Below, one piece after another: positions 63,101 through 64,000 of a stretch of DNA of 64,000 nucleotides. Position numbers and translations under genes: made by a program. The stretch comes from Oikopleura dioica (Eukaryota; Animalia; Chordata): the NCBI GenBank assembly GCA_907165135.1, contig OU015567.1, forward strand, positions 10,354,001-10,418,000, given 5' to 3'. Numbering within the stretch: position 1 is the stretch's first letter; every line of letters starts with the position of its first letter. The notes under the pieces are model-generated. The model did no database searches. It saw only the letters and a program-made list of their open reading frames with translations, and had not been told where the DNA came from.

Positions 63101-64000
63101 CGGCGTCAATACTCAGCTTGGAATCTGTGAATGCAAAGTTAGTCCTCTCGACGAAACCTGTGATATCAACTGCAGAAGAGCAAATGAAGAAATTTTCAAG
63201 TTTAAGTGTCCAGATCCGCTTGATGGAGATGAACCGACATTTGTTATCGACGGAATCGAAACAGATATCGGTGGTCTGAATATCGAATCTGTCGTATGCG
63301 AAAACAGTGAAGAATCAGATCAGTCAATTTTTATCGTTTCGATGGAGAATGAGCAGTTCTTAGGTTTGTACAACCCTGATCCTTCTGAACTTGCTGATTT
63401 ACTCATTCCATCTCGACGAAAACGAAGACAAGCTGATCAAATTGCCCCTCGAGAAGGACTTGGAGCATCAATTATTGAACAACCAGTCGTTTGTTTCGAG
63501 CTAAATCAAGTTGTCATGTTCATGGTTGATCAAAACAACTTCCCTGTTTATGATGATACAATCCTCTTCAATGAAGGAGACTTCGACAATGGCGCATTCT
63601 TACAGCTCGAAGAAGATCTACAGTCCGTTACAGAGCCGACTCCTTTCTTTTATCAGTTCAGAAGCCCCGGTGTTTTCAATTCGCCTTGGTAGAAATGAAC
63701 CTGCCCGTCATATTTACATCCAAGTTATGGAAGAGGAAGGCACATGCTTTAGCACAGGCCCATTCTTTTCTGCGAGTCCAAGATCATTGAACCAAGCGAA
63801 TGTTGAGCAGAATCAGCAATTGTTACTCGAGCCCGATTGGATATTTATTTTCTCTTTCATCGGTCTTCTTCTCTTTATTATTCTCCTCTGCCTATTTATC
63901 TATTGGCTTACCGACAGATATGGTTGGTACCAGACCGTTTACACCGATACTTGGTACCATCGTTTCAATCTTGGAATGAACCTCTTTGGCTACCACAGCC
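54148..64000 (+). CDS. Giant cysteine-repeat (GCC2/GCC3, ephrin-receptor-like/TNFR-like) type I membrane protein; 5' end lost in the gap, 3' end beyond the window
   Basis: More than 3,100 uninterrupted codons of CPxGxYCPxGS..PxxCxxGTY repeats; RRKRRQ furin-like site. After an apparent frameshift at ~63675-63687 the frame continues HIYIQVM...PDWIFIFSFIGLLLFIILLCLFIYW (TM). Confidence 0.85.

Noticed and set aside
53532-63692. 3,386-aa ORF as given in the track
   Set aside because: Artefact: it starts inside ACAD8 and reads through the N gap; its stop at 63692 is probably a frameshift error

Overview
Eukaryotic, very gene-dense animal DNA. Tiny introns (mostly 30-60 nt), GA-AG introns, co-oriented gene runs with AG acceptors just before ATGs, and strongly diverged chordate-type genes point to the appendicularian tunicate Oikopleura (probably O. 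dioica); this assignment is inference. Genes were rebuilt by hand from the ORF track plus splice signals. Minus strand, in window order: ZAR1/3CxxC-like zinc-finger protein, a very unusual K2P-like channel, alpha-tubulin, BTB protein. Plus strand: two tandem GRB2-like adaptors, short coiled-coil ORFs, then REXO4, a RIN13-like Zn-finger/RGG protein, two UBE2J2 paralogs, LCLAT1, COPG, PFKFB and an N-terminally shortened REV3L. Minus strand: YAP/Yorkie, a DBHS (NONO/SFPQ-like) gene, a nucleophosmin-like gene. Plus strand: a ~2,800-aa dsRBD/zinc-finger/RS protein, ACAD8 cut by a 500-N gap, and a giant intronless Cys-repeat membrane protein that runs off the window. Three inverted-repeat (MITE-like) elements lie at 35-40.5 kb. 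The best novelty candidate is the K2P-fold gene at 899-4307: its normally ~55-aa extracellular cap is replaced by a ~750-aa ectodomain with two thrombospondin repeats and a coiled coil, and both selectivity filters are degenerate. Caveat: many reading frames break at homopolymer runs and are repaired by adding one base, which is most likely assembly error. No tRNA, rRNA or CRISPR array was recognised.
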